Below are positions 8,864 through 17,463 of a DNA stretch of 37,529 nucleotides, piece by piece. Source of the DNA: Phycisphaerae bacterium (GTDB lineage Bacteria > Planctomycetota > Phycisphaerae > UBA1845 > Fen-1342). How positions within the stretch are numbered: position 1 is the first letter of the stretch; every line of letters starts with the position of its first letter. The stretch spans positions 1 through 37,529 of the forward strand of contig JBHHZX010000001.1 of the NCBI GenBank assembly GCA_046758265.1, read 5' to 3'. Below the pieces are notes generated by a model. The model saw nothing but the letters and a program-made list of their open reading frames with translations. It did not search any database and had not been told where the DNA came from. A program made the translations under genes and the position numbers.

Positions 8864-9713
8864 GTTTTACCCATCTTAAGCTTTTGAAAATCAACAACTT
8901 ACGAATCGAGCGGGCGTGGGGGACATTCCTCCCGCCCGCAGGCGCCCAAGTACCTCTTGCGTATCGACTTAACGGACCGGCCGAATGGGTGTACCCGATG
9001 GGTACCTGACGCACGTGGTCTTGACTGGTCCCGATGGGTCAGGCGCAACTTCCTGTTCCCCCGGCCCGCGTGCTGACGGCCCACGAGGTGTACGTGAAGG
9101 GCTACAAGGTCAGCCCGCCGCCCTGGTCCCGGTGGGTCGGCTGGCTGGAAGAGGACCACGAGAATCCGGCTCAACCCCCCAAACACAAGCGCTCCCAGGG
9201 TTTCAGCTTGAAACTCGTGGCAAGGCAAGCGAGCCGAATGTTCAAAAGAAATAACCCGATTGCGCGGCGTTTTGGCATTTGCGGGACGGCCGGAATACGG
9301 TACCATTCCAAAAACGATCGACCTTTTTGATCACTCTTCTTCCCGAGGTCCTCCTTGCCCAAGTGGGTACCTTCTCCCCAATCAGACTGATCAGAGAAGC
9401 TCGACCGAATGATGCGTCCGCATGGTGTGGACGCCTGTGAATGGTGGCGACGTGTCCGTGCCTGACGTTCGGCGTCGACCGGCGACAGCACCGTGAGCTT
9501 GCAGGGGTCGGCTTCGCGATCCCCCCAAGTGACACCATAAGCGTCCGTCTCCTCGTCGGAGGGAGAAGCACGTCGCCGTCGGCCCCGTATGGGCTCGACG
9601 GCAGGGAGTAACGAGATCGCGGTGGCAGTGGCCGCAGCGGGATCGTCTTTAGGTTGAAGTCGAGCCGCCGGTGGGCTCGACGATGGTTATTTTACAGTCA
9701 GAGGAAATTCACC

Positions 9714-9995
9714 ATGAGCAAGAAGGTGTATGTCGGAAACCTGGGCCAGAGCGTTGGCAGCGGGGACCTGGAGCGCTTGTTTGCGCAGTACGGCACCGTG
9801 GAAAGCGCGAATGTCATTACAGACCGGAGCACCGGCCAGAGCAAGGGATTCGGGTTTGTCGAGATGAGTTCCAGCGGGGAAGCACAAGCGGCGATCGCTG
9901 CCCTGAACGGGACCGACTTGGATGGCCGGACACTCGCCGTGAACGAGGCCAGGCCACGCCCATCGGGCGGTGGCGGGCGTCGCGGGCGATGGTAA
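9714..9995 (+). CDS. RRM-type RNA-binding protein with a C-terminal RGG tail
   Basis: MSKKVYVGNL.. (RNP2) and ..KGFGFVEM.. (RNP1), with tail ..RPRPSGGGGRRGRW. A GAGGAA Shine-Dalgarno lies 7 nt upstream of ATG 9714. The track ORF begins at an upstream TTG (9654). Confidence 0.9.
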   Translation: MSKKVYVGNLGQSVGSGDLERLFAQYGTVESANVITDRSTGQSKGFGFVEMSSSGEAQAAIAALNGTDLDGRTLAVNEARPRPSGGGGRRGRW

Positions 9996-10070
9996 GCAAC
10001 GCGTGTATGGAGAACGATCGGGTAAGTCACCCGGGCAAGCCTGTACGATTCTGTCAATGGAGAACAACCG

Positions 10071-10340
10071 ATGCTTACGGTAACGGAAGACGCCGGGGCT
10101 CGCCTGGCGCAGATGCTCACGCAAGAGAATCTTCCCGAGGAAGTCGCAATCCGGCTCGTCCGTGAGGGAGGTGGAGTCGGAATGCAACCAGACAGCGAGC
10201 GTCCGGGCGACGCGACATTCGAGCACAATGGCCGCCTAGTACTACTTCTCGATGAACAGGTTTCGCGATTGCTGGCGAACGACACGCTCGATGTGGAAGG
10301 AGCGAAACTCACGCTTAAACCCGGCGAAGGCGCGGAGTAA
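10071..10340 (+). CDS. HesB/IscA-like fold protein lacking the Cys ligands (hypothetical)
   Basis: 89 aa. The pattern MLTVTEDAGARLAQML...AIRLVREGGG...FEHNGRLVLLLDEQVSRLL..DTLD mirrors the IscA/HesB layout but has no cysteines. GGAGA lies upstream of the ATG. Confidence 0.45.
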   Translation: MLTVTEDAGARLAQMLTQENLPEEVAIRLVREGGGVGMQPDSERPGDATFEHNGRLVLLLDEQVSRLLANDTLDVEGAKLTLKPGEGAE

Positions 10341-10402
10341 CGCTTACGCCTTCGGCATGGTCGTGCGAATCGCAGGCGCGATCTCGGTGCGGCCGTCGTG
10401 AG

Positions 10403-10822
10403 ATGATCGCAGTGATGCCGCATGAACAAGAAAGACTGCTGGCGTTGTTCGACCGGGAACAACGATGGTGCCAGGACGCCGAGGCGCGAGACAAGGACGG
10501 GAATCCTGTGACATTCGATGACACCAGAGCTGCTGCGTGGGATATCACCGGCGCGGTGTGTTTGCTATTCGGCTGGAGACGCGCGTGCGAGCTCTTTCGC
10601 CAGCTCGACCGTCATATCTCCGGCCATAAGCGAGATGGCTGGTTTAACCGAAAGCCGGAGATCGACTCGCTGGCGGCATTGCAGGACTACAACGACGACA
10701 GCGAAACAACCTACGAAATGGTCGTCACCCAGGTGCAAACGATGCCGGTATGGCGCGGACCGCGGCGCGGCATTGATGACTCCTCAGGTCAATTAGCCGC
10801 TCCACCACCAGAGTTCCCATGA
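10403..10822 (+). CDS. Hypothetical protein, DUF6197-like pattern
   Basis: 139 aa. The segments ..RWCQDAEARDKDGNPVTFDDTRAAAWDITGAV.. and ..LQDYNDDSETTYEMVV.. resemble a phage/mobile-element-associated family of unknown function, judged from memory. The stop overlaps the next start (ATGA). Confidence 0.5.
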   Translation: MIAVMPHEQERLLALFDREQRWCQDAEARDKDGNPVTFDDTRAAAWDITGAVCLLFGWRRACELFRQLDRHISGHKRDGWFNRKPEIDSLAALQDYNDDSETTYEMVVTQVQTMPVWRGPRRGIDDSSGQLAAPPPEFP

Positions 10823-11007
10823 CGAAACGAAAACGGCCGTCGAGTCACAAACGCGAGCGCGAATACCAGAAGCGGCAACGTGAGTTGAAGAAAGCCCAGA
10901 AGGCGGCGATGAAGCGCGAGCGCCGCGCCAAACGCGGTGATTCGCCGGCGGTTCCCCGCGACGCCGCCCAGGATGGCGAGATTACACGGGACTCGCCGAA
11001 CGATTAA
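10819..11007 (+). CDS. Small highly basic protein (hypothetical)
   Basis: 62 aa, a K/R-rich predicted helix (MTKRKRPSSHKREREYQKRQRELKKAQKAAMKRERRAKRG..). The start is coupled to the upstream stop through ATGA at 10819-10822. Confidence 0.35.
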   Translation: MTKRKRPSSHKREREYQKRQRELKKAQKAAMKRERRAKRGDSPAVPRDAAQDGEITRDSPND

Positions 11008-11589
11008 TCCCGCACGAATCCGGGAAAAGCGATCTCATGGAACTGCCACGCCGCAACGGCGAGGATGTTTACCTGCCGGACGGCGCGTTCACCGGGGCTG
11101 TGAAGCGGTTAGGAGGACTCGGCGAGGCACACGACCTGCGCATCGGCACCAGCTACGCGTTCGACTTGCGTACACGGATGCTGCCGTATTGGTGTGCCGA
11201 CAAGCGCAAGGCGCCCTGTTATGTGGGCCGGGGCGTGCTGCAAAGGAATCGTCTCGGGCGTTCCCCGTTTTCTGGCCACTGCTTGCCGCGCGCCTCACTG
11301 CCGGCGTTCACGCTGACATGGGTTGACGCGCCAGCAGGCCGGACGCTGGCTGCGCGCTCGGCGGTCAAGAAGTGCCCGAAACGCTCGCTGAGAGTTTTGG
11401 GCGAGACACCATGGCACACGCATCTTGGCCCACCATCGCACTCAGCGCCGCCCTCTATATCGCAATTCCAGGCTCAAAAAGGCGGTTCCTTGCGAAGGGT
11501 TGCGAAGGAAGAATGTGGCCGATAAGCTCGATTTTTGAACTGCACTTACAGGCTTCTCGACTCGTTCGGCTGGGCGTTTTTACCCGGAT

Positions 11590-11619
11590 GAGGTCACTGG
11601 TTCGAGTCCAGTAGGCCCG
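11590..11619 (+). other. tRNA 3'-half-like fragment (variable loop/T-arm/acceptor 3' strand) without a 5' half
   Basis: gaggtc ACTGG TTCGAGT CCAGT aggcccg matches a tRNA variable loop, T-stem-loop and acceptor 3' strand. No complementary CGGGCCT 5' strand lies within ~80 nt upstream. Confidence 0.3.
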
Positions 11620-11735
11620 TTCCTGCAAGTCACGCCGAACGCTTGGTTAAGTGTGCGTGCCTGCGAACTGCCCAGACGACGCTTGGAATGGCAACCCGGC
11701 GAATCGCGCAGGCCGCCCGCAGGACCTCATATTCG

Positions 11736-14162
11736 ATGCGGAAGCGATTGCCGACACTTGGTGTTGCTGTGAGGTGCGCCGCATGCGCGCTGCTGATTGG
11801 CGCCGAGGCGTTCGTTCTTTGTTCCTGCCATTCAAAGCCCGCACCGAGCCGTATTGATCATGTTCTGCTCATCAGCATTGATACGTGCCGGGCCGACTAT
11901 CTGGGTTGCTACGGGCGCAGGCAGGCTATAACGCCGAACATCGATGCCATCGCCGCCCAAGGCTGCCTGTTTGAAAGCGCCGTTTCGCCGGTTCCCCTGA
12001 CACTTCCGGCACACAGCTCGATCTTGACCGGAACCGTCCCGCCCTATCACGGGGTTCGCGACAATTCCGCCTACCGTCTCGGCTCGTCGATCGATACGCT
12101 GGCGGAAGTTCTGAACGAACAGGGGTTCGCCACCGCCGCCGTCGTCAGCGCGTTTGTGCTGGACTCCAAGTTCGGCCTGGATCAGGGTTTTGACGAATAC
12201 CACGACCGGTTCCTCAGAGAACACAAGGCCGGCGAGATTATCGAGCGGAAGGGCGATGAAGCGACGAATATCGCGCTGGAATGGCTCACGAAACACAAGG
12301 ACGACCGATCTTTCTTGTTCCTGCACTACTTTGACCCGCATTTCCCTTACGAACCGCCGGAGCCCTTCGACACACAGTTCGCGGAGGACCCCTACGCCGG
12401 CGAGATCGCGTTCGTCGACCTGTGTATTGGGCGTGTGATCCGGCACCTGCGGGATCTGGGAATCTACGAATCGTCGCTGATCATCGTTGCCGGGGATCAC
12501 GGCGAGATGCTCGGAGAGCACGGCGAATCCACGCACGGGTACTTTGTTTATCAATCCGCGGTGAAGGTCCCGTGGATTATCAGAGCGCCCGACCGGCGCG
12601 CGGGAGGCCGCATACCGGATCTCGTGGGGCTGATCGACATCGTGCCCACGGCCTGCGCGCTGCTCGGCATCCAACGTCCGCCGCAAGCGCAGGGTGTGGA
12701 TCTCTCGGCCCACCTGGACCGAACTGTGCCGAGCGACAAGGATCGTGTGATCTACGCCGAAAGTCTTACGCCGACCAAGTACAACGCGAATCCATTGGTT
12801 GCACTGGTTACGAGCCGCTGGAAATACATTCAGACGACGCGCCCCGAACTGTACGATCTCGCCCGCGACCCGACCGAATCCAACAACCTCGCGGCGAGTG
12901 AGCCGGACTGCGCGAAAGCGATGCAGGACCAGCTCCGCCGGATCATCGAGCAGCAGCACCGCCAGCCGGATGAGGATAGCCGGCTCGAGATGGGGGCGGA
13001 GGACCTGCGCCGGCTGGAGGCGCTCGGCTACCTCGCCGGCGCGAGCGCGACCGAAGAGCTCGATATCGATCCGAGCAAGGACGATCCCAAGGACCTGATC
13101 GCGTCGCATGAATTGCGTGAGAAATTGTCGCTTCTTCTTACCCGAAAGGAGCATGCCGGGGCCCAGAAGGTCTGCGAGGAGCTGCTCCGGGAGCGGCCGG
13201 ATCGTCCAGACGGCTATATCGGGCTGGCCATGATCGCTGTGGAACAACACGATTTGTCCGGCGCGATCCCGTTTCTGCGGAAAGCGACTGAGCTCGAGCC
13301 CCACGATGTGGTGGCCAACGGCATGCTCGGGTCCTTGCTCGTCAAAACGGGCAGAGCCGACGAGGCGATCGACTGCTTTCGCCGCGTGCTCGATCGCAAG
13401 CCGGACTCGTTCGCGGCGCACTACGGCTTGGCCGAGGCTCTCGAGGCCCGGGACAAAGCCGACGAGGCGCTCGCGCATTACCGACAGGCGCTGCAGTTCG
13501 ATCCCGAACCGGCCAGGGCCCATCACAAGTTGGGACGCGCGCTTCAGGTGAAAGGCGAGATTGACGAGGCGATTCGCCACTTTCAGCGTGCGTTGCAGAT
13601 CAAGCCGGATCTTGCCGAGGTGCAGCACAACCTGGCCTCGCTGCTTGTGAATCAGGGTCGGCTCGACGAGGCGATCGACCACTATCGACAGGCGCTCGCG
13701 ATCGATCCTGACTATGCCAGGGCGCACCATAACTTGGGCGTTGCCCTGGGCGGGAAAGGCCGAACGGCTGAGGCACTCGTGCATTTTCTAGAGGCGCTGC
13801 GCCTGAGGAACGACTGGCTGGAGCCGATGAATGCGGCGGCGTGGATTCTCGCGACGCACGCAGACGCCGCCGTACGCTCGCCGAAGGAAGCGGTTCGGCT
13901 CGCCGAGCGTGCGGCCGAACTGACAAAGAAGGAGCGTGCCGGCATACTTGCCGCGGCCAACGTGCTGGATACGTTGGCCGCGGCGTATGCCGCGGCCGGC
14001 CGCTTCGATCGCGCCGTCGCCACCGCGGAAGCGGCCGCCGCGCGCGCCGCTGCCGCAGGCTCGCGGTCGTTGGCCAAGAGTATTCGCAAGCGGCTGGCGC
14101 TATATCGGCGAGGACTCCCTTACCGCGAACAAGTCCGCGCTGGGGACAAGCGCCGCCCTTGA
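11736..14162 (+). CDS. Sulfatase-fold (alkaline-phosphatase superfamily) hydrolase fused to C-terminal TPR repeats
   Basis: The N-terminal ~430 aa have sulfatase-family blocks (LLISIDTCRADYLGCYG, TPNIDAIAAQG, TLPAHSSILTG, IIVAGDHGEMLGEHG). The C-terminal ~350 aa hold several 34-aa TPR units (..AHYGLAEALEARDKADEALAHYRQALQFDPE..). The ATG at 11736 gives a signal/lipoprotein-like start, MRKRLPTLGVAV..LIGAEAFVLCSC. Confidence 0.85.
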   Translation: MRKRLPTLGVAVRCAACALLIGAEAFVLCSCHSKPAPSRIDHVLLISIDTCRADYLGCYGRRQAITPNIDAIAAQGCLFESAVSPVPLTLPAHSSILTGTVPPYHGVRDNSAYRLGSSIDTLAEVLNEQGFATAAVVSAFVLDSKFGLDQGFDEYHDRFLREHKAGEIIERKGDEATNIALEWLTKHKDDRSFLFLHYFDPHFPYEPPEPFDTQFAEDPYAGEIAFVDLCIGRVIRHLRDLGIYESSLIIVAGDHGEMLGEHGESTHGYFVYQSAVKVPWIIRAPDRRAGGRIPDLVGLIDIVPTACALLGIQRPPQAQGVDLSAHLDRTVPSDKDRVIYAESLTPTKYNANPLVALVTSRWKYIQTTRPELYDLARDPTESNNLAASEPDCAKAMQDQLRRIIEQQHRQPDEDSRLEMGAEDLRRLEALGYLAGASATEELDIDPSKDDPKDLIASHELREKLSLLLTRKEHAGAQKVCEELLRERPDRPDGYIGLAMIAVEQHDLSGAIPFLRKATELEPHDVVANGMLGSLLVKTGRADEAIDCFRRVLDRKPDSFAAHYGLAEALEARDKADEALAHYRQALQFDPEPARAHHKLGRALQVKGEIDEAIRHFQRALQIKPDLAEVQHNLASLLVNQGRLDEAIDHYRQALAIDPDYARAHHNLGVALGGKGRTAEALVHFLEALRLRNDWLEPMNAAAWILATHADAAVRSPKEAVRLAERAAELTKKERAGILAAANVLDTLAAAYAAAGRFDRAVATAEAAAARAAAAGSRSLAKSIRKRLALYRRGLPYREQVRAGDKRRP

Positions 14163-14273
14163 GGCCCGGATCGGTCGTCCGCTCCGTCACTGATTTCCGG
14201 CGGTCAAAGGTGGCCGCTACCTTTGTCAGGTTTTCCGGAAGCTCCACTTGTTTCGACACCCCCCGTACTTGGC

Positions 14274-14390
14274 TTAGGAGTCCGTTGAAAAAGGGGACAG
14301 AGACCTCCCAGACAGCTTTATTTGCCGAGGGTTTCGGCCGACGGCTCGGAGCCAGTCCCCTTTTTCAACGGACAGTTACACTACTCCTAA
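14274..14390. repeat. Palindromic REP/MITE-like element, copy A
   Basis: Perfect 19-bp terminal inverted repeat gtccgttgaaaaaggggac (14280-14298) / gtcccctttttcaacggac (14355-14373). An outer ttaggag (14274-80) / ctcctaa (14384-90) pair is also present. The core is near-identical to the reverse complement of 22701-22792. Confidence 0.7.
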
Positions 14391-14613
14391 CCGGTCCAGC
14401 AGAAGTGGCCTCCGCTCCTCGCAGCCGCGGCGATAGGGGAGCATCCCAACCGGCGCCGGCTCACCTGTGCCATGATGTTCCCCGGGCCCTGCTTGTAGAA
14501 TAGGATTCGACAACCGGGTCAGGCCGAATGGTTGCCATCCTTCGCTTCAAGGGGCGTGGCGACCCAACTGCATCCGGCGCGACACGGTTGCCATGACCGC
14601 AAGGAGGTCTCGG

Positions 14614-15486
14614 ATGAGTCCCCGGATCGGAGTTTGTTCGTGGTCGCTGCAACCTCGTTCAGTCGACGAGCTTGTGCAGCGCGTGCAGGCCGTGGGCGTC
14701 TCGGCGGTTCAGCTCGCATTAGACCCGCTCCGCGCGGGGGAGTGGTCGATCGACCAAACCGTCGCGCGCTTGCAGCGGGCCGAGATCGAGATTCGTTCCG
14801 GCATGATTGGCATGCCAGGCGAGGACTATTCGACGCTCGAATCGATTCGACGGACCGGCGGCGTTCGGCTCGCTGAGCACTGGGAAGCCAACCTTGCGAA
14901 CGCCGGCGCGAGTGCCGAGCTCGCACGCCGAATCAACGTGGGCCTCGTGACATTTCACGCCGGCTTCTTACCGCATGAGCGGAGCGATCCGTCTCGAAAA
15001 GTGATGATCGACCGCCTCCGCGCGATCATCGATCGGTTGGCAGCGCAGGACGTGGCGGTCGGTCTTGAGACCGGTCAGGAGACTGCCGAGACGCTGCTGG
15101 ACGTGCTCGACGAGTTGGATCGACCGGAGGTCGGTGTCAACTTCGATCCAGCCAACATGATTCTGTACGGCATGGGCGATCCGGTCGCCGCGCTTCGTAA
15201 GCTCGCGCCGCGCGTCGTCCAGATTCATGTGAAAGACGCCCGCGCCAGTGAGACGCCGGCCACGTGGGGCACGGAGGTTCCTGCCGGCGGCGGTGAGGTG
15301 GATTGGTCGGCGTTCTTCGAGGCAGTGCGCGCCGCGCGACTGCGGTGTGATCTGATGATCGAACGCGAAGCGGGCCGCGACCGCGTCGCGGACATCCGGC
15401 AGGCCTACGAACTGCTCAAGCGACTCCTCGGTTCGCAGGGACAACCTAACAATGGACCAGGCAAGCAGAGATCGGCGCCGGCGTGA
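14614..15486 (+). CDS. Sugar phosphate isomerase/epimerase (xylose-isomerase-like TIM barrel)
   Basis: ..IGVCSWSL.., ..VTFHAGF.., ..VGLETGQE.., ..VNFDPANMILYG.., ..VQIHVKD.. follow the AP-endonuclease-2/xylose-isomerase-like barrel pattern. A strong AAGGAGG sits 6 nt before ATG 14614. The ORF also has an upstream ATG at 14593. Confidence 0.8.
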   Translation: MSPRIGVCSWSLQPRSVDELVQRVQAVGVSAVQLALDPLRAGEWSIDQTVARLQRAEIEIRSGMIGMPGEDYSTLESIRRTGGVRLAEHWEANLANAGASAELARRINVGLVTFHAGFLPHERSDPSRKVMIDRLRAIIDRLAAQDVAVGLETGQETAETLLDVLDELDRPEVGVNFDPANMILYGMGDPVAALRKLAPRVVQIHVKDARASETPATWGTEVPAGGGEVDWSAFFEAVRAARLRCDLMIEREAGRDRVADIRQAYELLKRLLGSQGQPNNGPGKQRSAPA

Positions 15487-15650
15487 CCGGGCTCGTGTTC
15501 AAGGGGGGCATGCACATCGGCGCGTTCCAAGCGGCGCGCCGCGCGGGCTACGCCTGCCGGCAGGTGGCGGTCTGCGACACATCGTGGCTTGATGCCCGAC
15601 ACCGTGCGATTGTGGTCCCCGCGTCGCCCGGCCGGGAAACTTTCGACGCA

Positions 15651-17357
15651 TTAATCCTCGTCGATGCGGGCGATTGGGAACGTCGGCGGCAGCGGTCGTT
15701 GTTCCACGGTGGTGCCGTGCTCGCCGAACCATGGGTACAGGTTCTCTTCGGCGGCCAGGCAAAGGTAATAGACAAGCGCCGGCGGGTCCTCCTCAACGCT
15801 ACAGTCGTCCCGCTCCGCGAGCGAAATCACCCGGGCAAAGTAGCCCGGACCGTACTTCGTGCGCAGTTGACGGAACGTCCAGTTCCACTTGTGCCAACGC
15901 CGGCGGTCCGTGGGACTTTCCCGGTAATCCGGTGAAGCGGCGAGATCAATCCGTTTCAGATCGGGATCCGCCTCTCGAAGGCGCGCTAGTTGCCGGGCCC
16001 ATTCTTTCTCCAACCACTCCGCCATTTCCGGCAGCTTCTCGGCCAGATCGATGCTGTTGAAGCTCATCAGCGAGTGACCGCTCAGCCCCAGAGGAAGTCC
16101 CCAGGCGTGCGTCAACTCATGCTGGATCGTGCCGATCTTCCAGGCGGGAATCTCCGCCTCTTCCGACAGCCCCGGCAGCCCCACGATCGGCTCGTTCGTG
16201 AATGGCCGGTTCCAGGCATAGCCCCCACCCGCATTGCAGAAGAAGTGAATGACACGGTCCGCTATTTGCCCGCGCGGACCCCGGCCGTAAATCTCCGTGA
16301 GTTTCTCGCGAACCCGCGGGAAGGCGCGCTCCATGATTCGACGAGCCTCCGCTTTCGTCGCTTGGTTGTACAGCACGGTGACGCCGGCGATGATTTCCTG
16401 GTACTCAGGCCAGATGAACGGCGCGCGTCCGCGGTAACGGCTGCCCAGCCCAGCCAGGGAGAACTCGAGCTCGTAGTCGTGCCCGTAGTGCAACTGTATG
16501 CCGGGAAAGATCTTCGCAAAGCCTGGGCCGGCCATTTCATTTCGCTTGGGAGAGTTCTCGCCGAGCCATAGAAACAGCCCTTCAAAGAAAACCTCCTTCG
16601 TCGGCGCGTCGATCGTCTTGATGAAATCGACTCCCCCGAGCGCCGCCACGCGCCCGTCACCGCAGGAGGTCGCTGCCAGAACGGCGGCGCCCTCATTCCG
16701 GCCTGGTACGCCCTGGCCACGTCCGCGCGGGCCGCTCGCGTCCTTCAGCCACACTTCAACGGCCTGATCGTGCAGGCTGTCGACGGTGCCGAATGAACCG
16801 AGTTGGAAGCCGGTCGGATTTAGAAACGCGATCGTTTCGCCGGTCAGTTCCGGGGCGCACGGATTGGCCTGGATGACAAAGGGCTGGCGCGCAGGTGTCT
16901 CGGTGAAACGCAGTCCGAACTCGGCGGCCAACGTGTTTAACGGCAGGTCGTCGAACTTGACCGACAACTTCTGGCTCTTTCGATTCGCAATCCTACGCGC
17001 GTGCGCCGCATTGTTGCCGATCAGCAAGAGTCCGCCACCGCGCGCGACGAATCGCCTGAGCATCTCGATTTCCGGCGCCGTATAGGGGACGTCGTTGTGA
17101 CCCTGGTGGGTGACCACGACGTCGCAGTTTCGGATCAGCTCCCACGTGAGGGTTCGGTCGGAATGGGCGCCGAGCATCCCCTTCTCGTGAAGGAAATATG
17201 CCAAGTGATAAACGACGAAAAGGTAGTCATGCGTCTGGTCGACGATGACGTGTGGCCGGGCTTCAGGCCTGTACGCGAATGGATTGGCGGTCTGTTGCTG
17301 TGCCAGCGCGTTCGACGCGAGCGCGCCGATCACACAGTACGTCGTCATGCGGAGCAT
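15651..17357 (-). CDS. Secreted protein: N-terminal DUF4350/GATase1-like domain plus C-terminal HEXXH putative metallopeptidase domain (paralogue 1)
   Basis: Signal-like N-terminus MLRMTTYCVIGALASNALAQQ. The N-terminal domain pattern is ..VIVDQTHDYLF..CDVVVTHQG..FVARGGGLLLIGN... HEXXH is intact (IQHELTHAWG, DNA 16107-16121). It is a clear paralogue of 23565..25124. Confidence 0.75.
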   Translation of the reverse strand: MLRMTTYCVIGALASNALAQQQTANPFAYRPEARPHVIVDQTHDYLFVVYHLAYFLHEKGMLGAHSDRTLTWELIRNCDVVVTHQGHNDVPYTAPEIEMLRRFVARGGGLLLIGNNAAHARRIANRKSQKLSVKFDDLPLNTLAAEFGLRFTETPARQPFVIQANPCAPELTGETIAFLNPTGFQLGSFGTVDSLHDQAVEVWLKDASGPRGRGQGVPGRNEGAAVLAATSCGDGRVAALGGVDFIKTIDAPTKEVFFEGLFLWLGENSPKRNEMAGPGFAKIFPGIQLHYGHDYELEFSLAGLGSRYRGRAPFIWPEYQEIIAGVTVLYNQATKAEARRIMERAFPRVREKLTEIYGRGPRGQIADRVIHFFCNAGGGYAWNRPFTNEPIVGLPGLSEEAEIPAWKIGTIQHELTHAWGLPLGLSGHSLMSFNSIDLAEKLPEMAEWLEKEWARQLARLREADPDLKRIDLAASPDYRESPTDRRRWHKWNWTFRQLRTKYGPGYFARVISLAERDDCSVEEDPPALVYYLCLAAEENLYPWFGEHGTTVEQRPLPPTFPIARIDED

Positions 17358-17463
17358 GGCCGGATTCCCTCAGGCGTCTCAATGCTTGCAGCGGTCGCCG
17401 CAGCATCCTTCGCCTGCCGCAGGAACCTCATCCTCGAATCATTGGACCAGGCGCTGCGCCTGC

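Noticed and set aside
8899-9491. Several 98-135-aa ORFs on both strands downstream of the tmRNA
   Set aside because: They overlap one another, have no recognisable motifs or ribosome-binding sites, and are Arg/Pro-rich. I reported the region as a gene-poor region instead.
9698-10462. 254-aa minus-strand ORF spanning the RRM and HesB-like genes
   Set aside because: It crosses two well-supported plus-strand genes and their intergenic region, and its composition is Ser/Arg/Pro-rich.
11037-11525. 162-aa plus-strand ORF (and the antisense ORF 11219..11419) in the 11.0-11.6 kb gap
   Set aside because: I recognised no family, the C-terminal half is R/A/P/S-rich, and it competes with overlapping ORFs. 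It could be a decayed gene, but I cannot support a call.
11832-13784. 650-aa minus-strand ORF antisense to the sulfatase/TPR gene
   Set aside because: It is a shadow ORF. The plus frame carries sulfatase blocks and TPR repeats, and the antisense translation is R/G/V/L-rich with no motifs.
13841-14503. 220-aa ORF containing ..SPLKKGTETSQ...GASPLFQRTV..
   Set aside because: It reads straight through palindromic repeat copy A and overlaps the sulfatase/TPR 3' end. It is a pseudo-ORF created by the repeat.
15483-15935. 150-aa plus-strand ORF between the isomerase gene and paralogue 1
   Set aside because: It overlaps the well-supported 3' end of the minus-strand 15651..17357 gene, and I recognised no motifs.
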